64,000 nucleotides of DNA from Myxococcota bacterium (GCA_039028615.1 JBCCHT010000018.1:32001-96000), one strand, 5' to 3'; positions 28,468-37,425 are shown, numbered from the stretch's first letter. The notes: a model not told the origin generated them from the letters alone. Translations and numbers: made by a program.

Positions 28468-28971
28468 ATGCCTGCTCGCCGCTCGTTCCGTCGCCGTGTG
28501 TCTTCGCCCTGGGTTCGGCGGCTAGGGGCCGGATTCCTGCTCGGCATGGTCATCGCCAGCTGCGAGATCAACGACCGCGAGTCCTTCAACGAACGCGCCG
28601 CCGAGCTCGTCTGCGAGATTCACTCCACCTGCGGCGAGGATGTGACCGCCGCCATCCAGATCGACGGCGACGCCCTGACCGAGTCCTGCTACACGACCGT
28701 CTGGGACAACTTCGAGTCCTGTCGCAACAACTGCGGCTTCAACAAGCGCCAGGCCCGTCGCTGCATCCGTCGCCTCGAGAAGATGTCCGACAACTGTGAC
28801 ATCAGCCGCCTCGCCCCCTGCCGTCAGGTCTACGAAGACTGCGAGCCCGGCTTCGATCCCGTGCAGGAATGCGGCCTGTGGAACTGCTCCGTCAGCCCCG
28901 AGGGCAGCGGCTGGGGTGGTGTCATGGCGCTGGGCTTGCTCGTGCTGGGTTGGCGACGACGCCGAGCCTGA
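28468..28971 (+). CDS. Cys-rich exported protein with MYXO-CTERM sorting signal
   Basis: N-terminal VIASC lipobox-like segment; C-terminal CSVSPEGSGWGGVMALGLLVLGWRRRR. Confidence 0.7.
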   Translation: MPARRSFRRRVSSPWVRRLGAGFLLGMVIASCEINDRESFNERAAELVCEIHSTCGEDVTAAIQIDGDALTESCYTTVWDNFESCRNNCGFNKRQARRCIRRLEKMSDNCDISRLAPCRQVYEDCEPGFDPVQECGLWNCSVSPEGSGWGGVMALGLLVLGWRRRRA

Positions 28972-28977
28972 GCGAGC

Positions 28978-30150
28978 ATGGTCCTCGTGACCGCGCAGCC
29001 GAGCGTCATCATCGTCGGAGGAGGGGCGATCGGTCTCGCTTGTGCGTGGTCGCTGGCGCGACGCGGGGCTCGGGTCACCGTGCTCGAGCGCTTCGGCCAC
29101 GTACACGATCGCGGCAGCCATAGCGGCTACACCCGGGTCATTCGCCAGGCCTATCACGAGGGGTCTTCGTACGTGCCGCTGATTCAGCAGGCCGACGCGC
29201 ACTGGTCCGCCATGCAGCAGCGCAGCGGCCGTTCGCTCTTGCACCGCACGGGCCTGCTGCTCTTTGGCCCCGACGGTGGGCGGGACATGCTCGCGGCGAT
29301 CGAGACCTGCCGCGAGTGCGACCTGCCGCATACCCTGCACGACGGGATCGATGCGCGGGAGCGCTGGCCGTTTCGGATGCCCGACGACTGGATCGCCTGC
29401 TTCGATCCGTCCGGCGGCTATCTCTCCGTCACCGCGTGCATGGACGTCATGGCCGAGGAGGCCGTGCAGGCGGGGGCGCGACTGCGGTACGGCGTGCAGG
29501 TCGTCGGGATCGATCGCGGGCCGCGGCGTGGGGTTCGGTTGTCGAGTGGAGAGACGCTCACTGCGGATGCGATCGTGCTGGCGGCGGGGGCTTGGCTGTC
29601 GACGCTCGTGCCCTCGTTGAAGTCGGTGCTCACCGAGCGGCGGCGGATCCTCGCGTGGAGTACTCCGGCGGCCGAGCATCGAGCTGCGCTCGAGGCGATT
29701 CCCGTGTGGGGGGCGTTGCTCGACGACGGGTTCTATTATGGCTTTCCGTACAACGAAGAGGGGATCGTTGGGCTGAAGGTTGCCGTGCATACCTCCGATA
29801 CGCAGCCTTGGCTCGATCGGTCGGTGGAGGCGGATACCGTGGATCGGGGGGCGCATGCGCGGGATTTGGATCCGTTGCGGCGGGTGTTGGATGAGCATCT
29901 GCCGCTAGGGCGGGGGGAGTTTGGGGCTACGCATGCTTGTCTCTATTCTTGTACGCCGACTTGGGATTTCTTGATCGATCGGGATCCGGAGGATGCTCGG
30001 GTGATCTTGGCGGGGGGGTTTTCGGGGCATGGGTTTAAGTTTGCGCCGGCGGTTGGGGATTATGTTGGGGGGTTGTTGTTGGATGAGGGGGAGGTGCGGG
30101 GGGATTTGAGTCTGGCGGCGGCGGTGGGGGCTGGAGGTTCGCCGCGATAG
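28978..30150 (+). CDS. solA: N-methyltryptophan/sarcosine oxidase family FAD oxidoreductase
   Basis: IVGGGAIG, GSHSGYTRVIRQAY, ACLYSCTP, GFSGHGFKFAP. Confidence 0.85.
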   Translation: MVLVTAQPSVIIVGGGAIGLACAWSLARRGARVTVLERFGHVHDRGSHSGYTRVIRQAYHEGSSYVPLIQQADAHWSAMQQRSGRSLLHRTGLLLFGPDGGRDMLAAIETCRECDLPHTLHDGIDARERWPFRMPDDWIACFDPSGGYLSVTACMDVMAEEAVQAGARLRYGVQVVGIDRGPRRGVRLSSGETLTADAIVLAAGAWLSTLVPSLKSVLTERRRILAWSTPAAEHRAALEAIPVWGALLDDGFYYGFPYNEEGIVGLKVAVHTSDTQPWLDRSVEADTVDRGAHARDLDPLRRVLDEHLPLGRGEFGATHACLYSCTPTWDFLIDRDPEDARVILAGGFSGHGFKFAPAVGDYVGGLLLDEGEVRGDLSLAAAVGAGGSPR

Positions 30151-30225
30151 AGCGCGAGGCGGAAGGCCTCGGCGTGGGCATCCGGGCTTTGATGGTGTGC
30201 TTGGATGCGTGAGTCGGAGAAGGCG

Positions 30226-30349
30226 GGCCTAGGGAGTGGACACTTTGGCTTCTGCTCGTGGGCGCAGATTGATGGACCTGGGGAGCGGGCACTTGGGCTC
30301 TTCTCGCGGGTGCAGAATGGGAGACCTGGGGAACGGGCAACTAGGCTTC
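30226..30349 (+). repeat. Degenerate ~48-bp tandem repeats (units at 30226, 30275 and partial 30323; weaker copy near 30166)
   Basis: GGCCTAGGGAGTGGACACTTTGGCTTC / GACCTGGGGAGCGGGCACTTGGGCTC / GACCTGGGGAACGGGCAACTAGGCTTC. Confidence 0.7.
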
Positions 30350-30540
30350 GATGGGGGGAGGGGGGCCCTGTTGACGCCAGACGCCTACCCCGGACGTGCT
30401 CGTCGGGGAATTGGAGAGCGGGGTGCTTGTAGAGGCAGGTAGTCCCCGCCTGCGCGCGACCGGGGGCCCCTTCCGGCTACGCGGGTGCCCCCCGCGGCTT
30501 GAAGCCCGACTTTGATCGGGCTTCTGGTACGCATTGCTGC
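30319..30540 (+). repeat. Left copy of ~220-bp structured inverted repeat
   Basis: Reverse complement of 31819-32039; identical blocks 30344-30406 (63 bp) and 30453-30496 (44 bp); internal hairpin GAAGCCCGA-CTTTGA-TCGGGCTTC. Confidence 0.92.
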
Positions 30541-30652
30541 GTAGGCCTTTTGCTTGCCTTGTGGTGAGGGAATGCTTGCGTCGTTTCGGGGCGCAACCTG
30601 CCGGCTCGCCGGGCGCTCGGCGATCTGATATACCAGCCCCGGAGAAAACGGC

Positions 30653-31645
30653 ATGAGCGGTCTGGTAAAACTGCAACTGAGTGACCTGTTCGATGGAAGT
30701 GCTGATTTGATCGTACTCCCATGTTCGACAAGTGGCACGATCACGCCAATGGTTGCTGTCAGGCTGGTGGAATATAGGATACCGGGCCCACCTCCCATGA
30801 ATCTCGGAGATGTCAGTATGTTGCCATTCGATGGCGCAGAGAATATTGCCCAATATGTTGCGTTTGCGACGTCTGTCCGTGGGATGGGTTCAGATCGACG
30901 GGAGATCCGTCGCATAGGAGAACAACTAGGTCAGTTCACCGTTTCGAACGAATCCATCCGGACGATATCTGCACCCTTGCTTGGAGCCGGGGCGGGGGGG
31001 CTATCCAGTAAGGTCGTCGTTGATGCACTGGCGGAGGGGTTTCGTAGCTGTGCCGAGCGTGATGCAGTCTTGACGATCCACGTGTTGCACCGCAGCGTTT
31101 ACGAGAAGCTCAGTGCGGAGGCCGTGCAACCCGATGCGAACGATCGGTTACGTTCGGCGGTGCCGATTCGTATCTTTCTCAGCTACTCGGGCACGAGCGA
31201 GCGCCACAAGGGCTGGGTGGCTGAGCTCGGGATTTTCTTGAGACAGCAAGGGATCAACGCTCGTCTCGACCAGTGGCACCTGCGTAGAGGTATGGATATG
31301 CCGCAGTGGATGAGCAATGAACTTTCGATGGCCGATCGCGTCGTCATTGTCTCGGATGCGAGGTATACGGAAAGAGCAGATGGCCGCATGGGTGGAGTGG
31401 GTTGGGAAACCATGCTGATTCAAGGCGAGATGTCCGGCCTCTCGCCCGATTCGACCAAGTATTTGGTGATCGTTCGTGAAACAGAAATGGACGCTGGGAC
31501 GCCTAGGTACCTGAAGACCAAGTTCGCGATTCACTGGCCAGAGGGAGCCGACGACAATTCGCTCCGGGATGTGCTCATAACGGAACTCTACGAAGTCGAG
31601 TTGGAGCCGCCACTAGCCTCACGACCTGCGCGCTATCTCGTGTGA
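30653..31645 (+). CDS. Macro-domain + TIR/SEFIR fusion protein, candidate anti-phage/immune protein
   Basis: N-terminal SDLFDGSADLIVLPC and TISAPLLGAGAGGL (macro-like); C-terminal IFLSYS, LDQWHLRRG, ADRVVIV, GGVGWE (TIR/SEFIR); visibly lower GC and atypical codons. Confidence 0.8.
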   Translation: MSGLVKLQLSDLFDGSADLIVLPCSTSGTITPMVAVRLVEYRIPGPPPMNLGDVSMLPFDGAENIAQYVAFATSVRGMGSDRREIRRIGEQLGQFTVSNESIRTISAPLLGAGAGGLSSKVVVDALAEGFRSCAERDAVLTIHVLHRSVYEKLSAEAVQPDANDRLRSAVPIRIFLSYSGTSERHKGWVAELGIFLRQQGINARLDQWHLRRGMDMPQWMSNELSMADRVVIVSDARYTERADGRMGGVGWETMLIQGEMSGLSPDSTKYLVIVRETEMDAGTPRYLKTKFAIHWPEGADDNSLRDVLITELYEVELEPPLASRPARYLV

Positions 31646-31818
31646 CCCGGAGAGTGCTGATCGCGACCGACCCAGCTTTGGCCCCCGTACCAGGTTCTCA
31701 ATAGCGCCATTGGGTCTGGCCACGTCCGTATAGGCTCTCTCCTAGCCGGGAGTAGTCGACGTATCGTTCCTGTCAACGAGTGTTCGTGAGCGTAGCTGAG
31801 CCGCAGGCACCACTCAGT

Positions 31819-32039
31819 GCGGCAGTACGTGCCAGGAGCCCGATCAAAGTCAGGCTTCAAGTCGCGGGGGGCACCCGCGTAGCCGGAAGGGGCCCCCGGT
31901 CGCGCGGAGGAGGTGACTAGATGTTTCTACAAGCAGCGCGCTCTCCAATTCGCCGACGAGCACGTCCGGGGTAGGCGTCTGGCGTCAACAGGGCCCCCCT
32001 CCCCCCATCGAAGCCCAAGTGCCCGCTCCCAGGTCTCCC
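31819..32039 (-). repeat. Right copy of ~220-bp structured inverted repeat (degenerate 48-bp units continue to about 32130)
   Basis: Reverse complement aligns with 30319-30540. Confidence 0.92.
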
Positions 32040-32183
32040 CTTCTTCGCCCACAAGAAGAACTCAGGTTGCGGTCCCTAAGTCGAGCTTCGACGGTGCGTG
32101 CCCCACAGGTCCTCAACGGTTCGCTCGCAAGAAGGAAACCGGGCCTCCGCCGAACGCCTCCCGTTCCGCGATCAGAGCACCCA

Positions 32184-33077
32184 TCACTCATTCACCCGAG
32201 TCGCTCCACCTCGAGCCGCCGCCACCAACATCTTCTCCCGCCGCCTCCGCCTCCAAGCCCGCGCCCCCAAGATCCACCCCGGCATCACCAAAACCGCAAC
32301 CGGCGACACCGCCCCCACAAACCGAATCACCCCCACCAACCCCCCAACCAACCACCCCCCCGCATCCTCGACCGCCCGCCCAATCCGACTCCCAGCCCCC
32401 TCGGCCTCCGTCACGCTCACCCGACTCGGCGCCTCGACGACGAGCCCGATCGTAGCCATCGCCGCCCGCTGCTCCATGCCTCGCACTCGCGCATCGAGTC
32501 GCTCGATCTCCGTCCGCACCAACACCAAGCGCCCCTCGACCTCCAGTACGTCCTCGACGGACTCGGCCGTCTCGAGGATCGCGAGCAAGCGCTCCTCGAG
32601 CCCTCGCTGACTCCGTAGCCGCGCACCGAGATCGGCATGCTGCTCGGTGACGTCTTCTCCCGTGATGGTCTCCTGCAACAGCTCACCATGCTCACGCAGC
32701 TGCGCGAGCACGTGCTGGAAGCGATCGGCGGGCACCCGCACGGAGGTATCGATGCGGTACACGTGCTCGCCCGCACCCTGGGTGTCGCTCGAGGCCACGA
32801 AGCCACCGACCTGCTGGGCGAGCGCGGCGGCGGCTGTGGCTACGGCGCCCGGAGACTCGGCGCGAAGATGGAGGCTGGCGTTGCGAATGACGAGGCGCTC
32901 GTTATCGGGCATGTCCTTGCCTTCGAGCTTTGCCTGTCGATCGTCGGACGCGAAGGTCGCCGCGTCGGCCTTGGTGGCTTCGGCCGTGGGGGTGGCGGCG
33001 ACGGCCTCGTCTTTGGCTTGCTGACCGCATGCCGTGAGCAAGGAGGCGACCAGGGCGATTTTCAGGGGAGCATGCAT
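32184..33077 (-). CDS. DUF4349-family lipoprotein
   Basis: Lipobox LTAC; RLVIRNASL, VRVPADRF, EDVTEQHADL, LEVE..L..VR.EIE; C-terminal TM. Confidence 0.85.
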   Translation of the reverse strand: MHAPLKIALVASLLTACGQQAKDEAVAATPTAEATKADAATFASDDRQAKLEGKDMPDNERLVIRNASLHLRAESPGAVATAAAALAQQVGGFVASSDTQGAGEHVYRIDTSVRVPADRFQHVLAQLREHGELLQETITGEDVTEQHADLGARLRSQRGLEERLLAILETAESVEDVLEVEGRLVLVRTEIERLDARVRGMEQRAAMATIGLVVEAPSRVSVTEAEGAGSRIGRAVEDAGGWLVGGLVGVIRFVGAVSPVAVLVMPGWILGARAWRRRRREKMLVAAARGGATRVNE

Positions 33078-33177
33078 GCTCCCAGCATGGCCAGCACCGC
33101 GCATGGGGAGGTCATGCCCGCATCATCCGACGGTCATGGTTTGGTCATCGAGCCAGGGTCGCTACACTGCGCCTCGA

Positions 33178-33783
33178 ATGTCGCCCAAGGTCCTCATCGT
33201 TCAGGGAACCACCGCCCACAAGAGCCGCCTGACTTCGGTGGCCACCATCGCTCGCGAGGCGGCGGAGGCGACGGGTGGCGACGTGCGGATCTGGGATCTG
33301 GTGGACTCTCCGCTGCCCGTGATGTCGCTGACGGATCCTCGCCAGCGCCGACAAGCGGAGGTGGTGGCGGTGCGCGAGGCGGCGGCAGAGGCCGATGGCT
33401 TCATCCTGATCACGCCCGAGTATCACGGGAACATGAGCGGGGCGCTGAAGAACTGGTTCGACTTCCTGTACCTGGAGCTGGCGGGCAAGTTCGCGGGAGT
33501 GCTGGCGGTGACGGGCGGCGGCAGCGGAGACATGTCGATCATGTCGGTGAAGAACAGCTTCAACTGGTGCCACGGGTTCACGCTGCCCTTTCACGCGGCG
33601 GCTCGACCCGACGACTTCGATGGCAACCAGCTGGTGAACCACCGGGTGATCGAGCGGGTGCGTCGAGTGAGCTCGGACGTGGTTCGCTACGCTCCGCTGA
33701 TTCGCGAGACCTTCGAGGGTGCGCGCACCGATGGCGACGACTGGCGCACGGGCGTGGCGGGGATGCACCCGAAGACGACGTAG
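33178..33783 (+). CDS. NADPH-dependent FMN reductase
   Basis: ADGFILITPEYHGNMSGALKNWFD motif. Confidence 0.88.
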   Translation: MSPKVLIVQGTTAHKSRLTSVATIAREAAEATGGDVRIWDLVDSPLPVMSLTDPRQRRQAEVVAVREAAAEADGFILITPEYHGNMSGALKNWFDFLYLELAGKFAGVLAVTGGGSGDMSIMSVKNSFNWCHGFTLPFHAAARPDDFDGNQLVNHRVIERVRRVSSDVVRYAPLIRETFEGARTDGDDWRTGVAGMHPKTT

Positions 33784-33792
33784 CCCTTGGCG

Positions 33793-34689
33793 CTAGGCCG
33801 GGCGGGCTTCGTCGGCGATGAGCGACGACTGCAAAGCGTCGACCAGCGCTTGCACCCGGGCGCTGCGGTGCTTGGAGTGGGGGTAGACGGCGAAGAGCGG
33901 GAAGGCCCCCTGTACGTAGTCGGGCAGGACGCGCTCGAGGTCGGCGCCGAGCCGCAAGAATCGAGGGGCGACGCGGCCGATGCCCAAGCCCTGCGTGAGG
34001 GCATCGGCCATGGTGCGCGAGGAGTCGACCTCCAGGCGGGCATCGACGGGCACGACGTGCTCTCGACCATCGGCTCCGGTGAGGACCCACGAGGAGACGG
34101 GAGGCTCGCGAACGAAGGAGACGAGGTGGTGATCTCCCAGGTCCTGCGGGGTCTTCGGTTTGCCGTGTCGCTCGAGGTAGTCCTTGCTCGCGACGAGCAC
34201 GGAGCGCACTTCGAGGAGCTTGCGGGCGACCAAGGCACTATCGGGGATGGCACCGCCGACGAAGGCGACGTCGAGTCCGGCGGTAACCGGGTTGATGGAG
34301 CGCTCGTGGGTCCGTAGCAAGATCCGGAGCCCAGGATGCTCGGCCATGAGCGGGCGGGCGGCTCGAAGCACGTCTTGGGCCATGGCACTGATGACGCTGA
34401 CCCGGATGGTGCCGCTGAGCTGCTCTTGCTCGCGAGCCATGAGCTGCTCGGTGTCTTCGACTTCTTCCAAGATCCGTCGCGCACGAACGAGGAACACCCG
34501 CCCGGCTTCGGTGAGGCTCTGGCTTCGCGTGGAGCGATTGAGCAACTTGGTGGCGAGCCGTTCTTCGAGCGCGACGAGGCGGCGGCTGACGGTGTTGGCG
34601 GGCAGGCCCTGCGCTCGCGCGGCCCCGACGATGCTCCGCGACTCCACGATCTGGACGAAGACGCGAAGCTCCTCGAGGCTCTCGAGCAT
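33793..34689 (-). CDS. LysR-family regulator (CrgA-like)
   Basis: HTH ...TVSRRLVALEERL..LLNRSTRSQSLTEAG; VASKDYL...G.P..P.DL. Confidence 0.92.
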   Translation of the reverse strand: MLESLEELRVFVQIVESRSIVGAARAQGLPANTVSRRLVALEERLATKLLNRSTRSQSLTEAGRVFLVRARRILEEVEDTEQLMAREQEQLSGTIRVSVISAMAQDVLRAARPLMAEHPGLRILLRTHERSINPVTAGLDVAFVGGAIPDSALVARKLLEVRSVLVASKDYLERHGKPKTPQDLGDHHLVSFVREPPVSSWVLTGADGREHVVPVDARLEVDSSRTMADALTQGLGIGRVAPRFLRLGADLERVLPDYVQGAFPLFAVYPHSKHRSARVQALVDALQSSLIADEARPA

Positions 34690-34935
34690 GGCGTCGATTA
34701 TCTCGAATTTTGGAGTTCTGATTCTCTAATTGCTCCTCTTTTTGGTTGAGTCGATCGGCGCTAGGTTGATGATGCGGCGCCGCTGGATAGGCGAACGACT
34801 CGCACTCAAATCGCTGAAATCACGAAGGTATGTCTCCTGTCGTCGTCGTCGGGTGGCAGTTCTTCGAGGGCTTTGGCCGGGGTAGCCGAGTTTCGCGTGA
34901 TGACCGCACGGCGCGGAGAATCAGGAGACGATCGA

Positions 34936-35913
34936 ATGTCGAGCAACGAAGGAAAGCGAATCTTCATCACCGGAGCCAATGGCGGGATCGGGGCGGCGAC
35001 GTGTCGGGCGTTGCTGCGGGAAGGGGCAGCGGAGGTGGTGATGGCCTGCCGGTCGGAGGCCAAGGGCGAGGCGGCACGCGAGCAGATCCTGGCGGAGACG
35101 GGCGCGGACCCGGAGCGCCTGACCGTGTACGGCGGCTTCGACATGCTGGATCCGGAGGCCATCCGGGCCGCGGTGGCGAAGCTTCCCAACGCACCCTTCG
35201 ACCGCGTGTTCTTGAGCGCGGGCGGGTGGGTGTACAGCGACGACTATCAGACGATGGTGTCACGCGGCGTGACGGTGGAAAAGACGGTCTTCATGAATGC
35301 GCTGGGCGGTCACGTGACGCTGGCGCAGTTGCTGAACCGAGGGTTGCTGACACCGTCCGCGCGCATCGTGGTGATGGGTGGTGAGGGCGGCCGCGGGGTC
35401 CCGGGCACGCCGCTGGTCAAGCCGGACTTCTCGGACGCGGCGGCATTCATCGCCTATGCGCACGGCGAGGGCAGCAATCGTCCCGCGTACGAGCCCCCGG
35501 TCGCGTTGGGAACGTCGAAGCTCTACGCATCGGTGTGGTCGCAGCGGCTCGCTCGCGAACTCGAGGGGCGCTTCGAGGTGGTGTGCATGAGCCCCGGCCT
35601 CACGGGAGCGACGGCGGGTACGGGCGGATTGCCGAAGTGGAAGGAGTTCGTGTTCCAGAAGATCGCGTTCCCGATCATGGTGTGGACCGGCAAGGCGCAG
35701 TGGCCCGACGCAGCGGGCCAAAAGTGTGCGGATGTGCTGTCGGGCAAGCTCGGCACCCATGGCGACATCTTGGGTGCACCCGAAGGCAAGGCGCTGGGAC
35801 CTCTGGTCGATCAAAAGCCGATGCAGGAGGCGTACACCAACGTCGCGTTCCAGGATGCGCTATGGGACCTGGCCACGCAGGCCGTGGGCCCTCTGGAAGC
35901 CCGCGCAGCGTGA
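34936..35913 (+). CDS. Short-chain dehydrogenase/reductase
   Basis: ITGANGGIG, VMACRS; AGGAG RBS; canonical YxxxK appears as LGTSK. Confidence 0.82.
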   Translation: MSSNEGKRIFITGANGGIGAATCRALLREGAAEVVMACRSEAKGEAAREQILAETGADPERLTVYGGFDMLDPEAIRAAVAKLPNAPFDRVFLSAGGWVYSDDYQTMVSRGVTVEKTVFMNALGGHVTLAQLLNRGLLTPSARIVVMGGEGGRGVPGTPLVKPDFSDAAAFIAYAHGEGSNRPAYEPPVALGTSKLYASVWSQRLARELEGRFEVVCMSPGLTGATAGTGGLPKWKEFVFQKIAFPIMVWTGKAQWPDAAGQKCADVLSGKLGTHGDILGAPEGKALGPLVDQKPMQEAYTNVAFQDALWDLATQAVGPLEARAA

Positions 35914-35935
35914 GGGTCTCGGCGCGGGGCGGCCT

Positions 35936-37255
35936 TCAGTCGACGGGTCGACCGCTGGGCACGGAGGCCGGCGCGATGGTGGTGATGTCCCAGACGACGT
36001 CGGGATCGGAGGTCGACTCGAGGAACTGCACGATGTCGGCGATCTCTTCGCGACTGAGGTTGATCGGCGACTGAGCGATCGGATCGGCGGTCTGCTCGAT
36101 CTCGGCGAAGAGCTCCTCTTGGGAGACGAGCAGCTGCTGGAAGCGCGGCTCGAGGTCTTCACCCGTGTACGTCCGCATCTGGGTGCAGGGGTCGATGTGA
36201 TACTCGACCAGCTCTTCGAGCGAGCGGTGCGTGCCCGCGTGGAAGTAGGGCGCGGTGAAGCTGACGCCACGCAGCGGCGGCGTTCGGAAGGCATAGCGCT
36301 CGCTGGCGAGGCCGGTGTAGCCCCCGCGGCCCCAGTCGAGGCCGGTGCCGACCTGAGGGGTGCACACGTTGTGGAAGTCCTGGTCGGTCATCAGCGTGCC
36401 GGAGTGGCACTCGCCGCAGCGTGCGTCGCCGTAGAACAAGATGCCGCCGCGCTTGGCCGCGTCGACGAGCGCCCCGTCCTCACCTTCGATGAAGCGGTCC
36501 CACTGGCTGTTGGGCAGCGAGAAGGCGCCGACCTGATAGGCGGAGATGGCCAGGGCGGCGTGCTCGAAGCCCAGCTCCGCCCGCGGGACGTCGGGGAAGG
36601 CATCGGCGAACAGCGCGACGTACTCGTCGATCGCGAGCAGCCGGGCCATCACCGCCTCCCAGATCACGGGCAGCGCGTTGTCGTCGTTGTTGGCGTGGCT
36701 GTTGGTGGTGCCGTCGACGTCGACGTCGCCCGGGTAGCCGCGCATGGTGTCGCGGTGGGCGATCTGGGTCATGACCTGAGCGGCGAGCAGGTCGTCGCCG
36801 ATCGCGGTGGGCATGGTGACGCCGTCGGGCAGAGGCCAGGGCTCGCCGAGCTCGATGCGGCCGTCCCAGAACAAGGTCTCCCATCCGTCGGCACCGCGGT
36901 CGAACAGGTCGGGCGCGTTGCGAAGCAGGTAGTTGCCCGAGCCGAGCTGACGGTCGGTGCCGACTCCGACACCACCCGTGCCGATGGACAGCGACAGGCC
37001 GTCACCCGTGCGCGAGGCGGGGTGATGACAGGTGCCGCACGAGACGTCGCGGTTGCCCGACAGCTCTTTGTCGTAAAAGAGCGCCTCGCCGAGTGCCACG
37101 AGGTCTTCGTCGGGTCGGCGACCGTGGTCGAGCGGCTCGATCCTCTGCTCTGCGATCGCGTCGCGCAGCTGATCGGTGAGACTGCCTTGGCAGGCTCCCG
37201 TCAGTCCGATTGTCCCGATGAGCGCGATTTCGCGCAGTCGATGATTCCGCCTCAT
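35936..37255 (-). CDS. Di-heme cytochrome c peroxidase/MauG-family lipoprotein
   Basis: LFYDKELSGNRDVSCGTCH, LFWDGR, CGECH, FRTPPLR, APYFHAG. Confidence 0.9.
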   Translation of the reverse strand: MRRNHRLREIALIGTIGLTGACQGSLTDQLRDAIAEQRIEPLDHGRRPDEDLVALGEALFYDKELSGNRDVSCGTCHHPASRTGDGLSLSIGTGGVGVGTDRQLGSGNYLLRNAPDLFDRGADGWETLFWDGRIELGEPWPLPDGVTMPTAIGDDLLAAQVMTQIAHRDTMRGYPGDVDVDGTTNSHANNDDNALPVIWEAVMARLLAIDEYVALFADAFPDVPRAELGFEHAALAISAYQVGAFSLPNSQWDRFIEGEDGALVDAAKRGGILFYGDARCGECHSGTLMTDQDFHNVCTPQVGTGLDWGRGGYTGLASERYAFRTPPLRGVSFTAPYFHAGTHRSLEELVEYHIDPCTQMRTYTGEDLEPRFQQLLVSQEELFAEIEQTADPIAQSPINLSREEIADIVQFLESTSDPDVVWDITTIAPASVPSGRPVD

Positions 37256-37425
37256 CGCCGTTGTGGGTCCCCTTCGGTCCAGCGGCCGATGATAGCGGGT
37301 TTAATGCAGGGGGCCACGCTTTGTTGCGAGCACGATGGATGAGTTTGCTGCGCGCCCCGGTCGCGCGAGGTCGATATTTCGGCGCTTTCGCACGACGGAT
37401 TCGTGCGCTCACGCGGCGGCCCGTG

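Noticed and set aside
30166..30349. Possible CRISPR array
   Set aside because: Units are degenerate, the intervening parts are similar to each other rather than unique spacers, and no cas genes are present.
30319..30540. Group II intron end, retron msr-msd or DGR template
   Set aside because: No reverse transcriptase in the window, no domain V-like motif, and differences are not adenine-specific.
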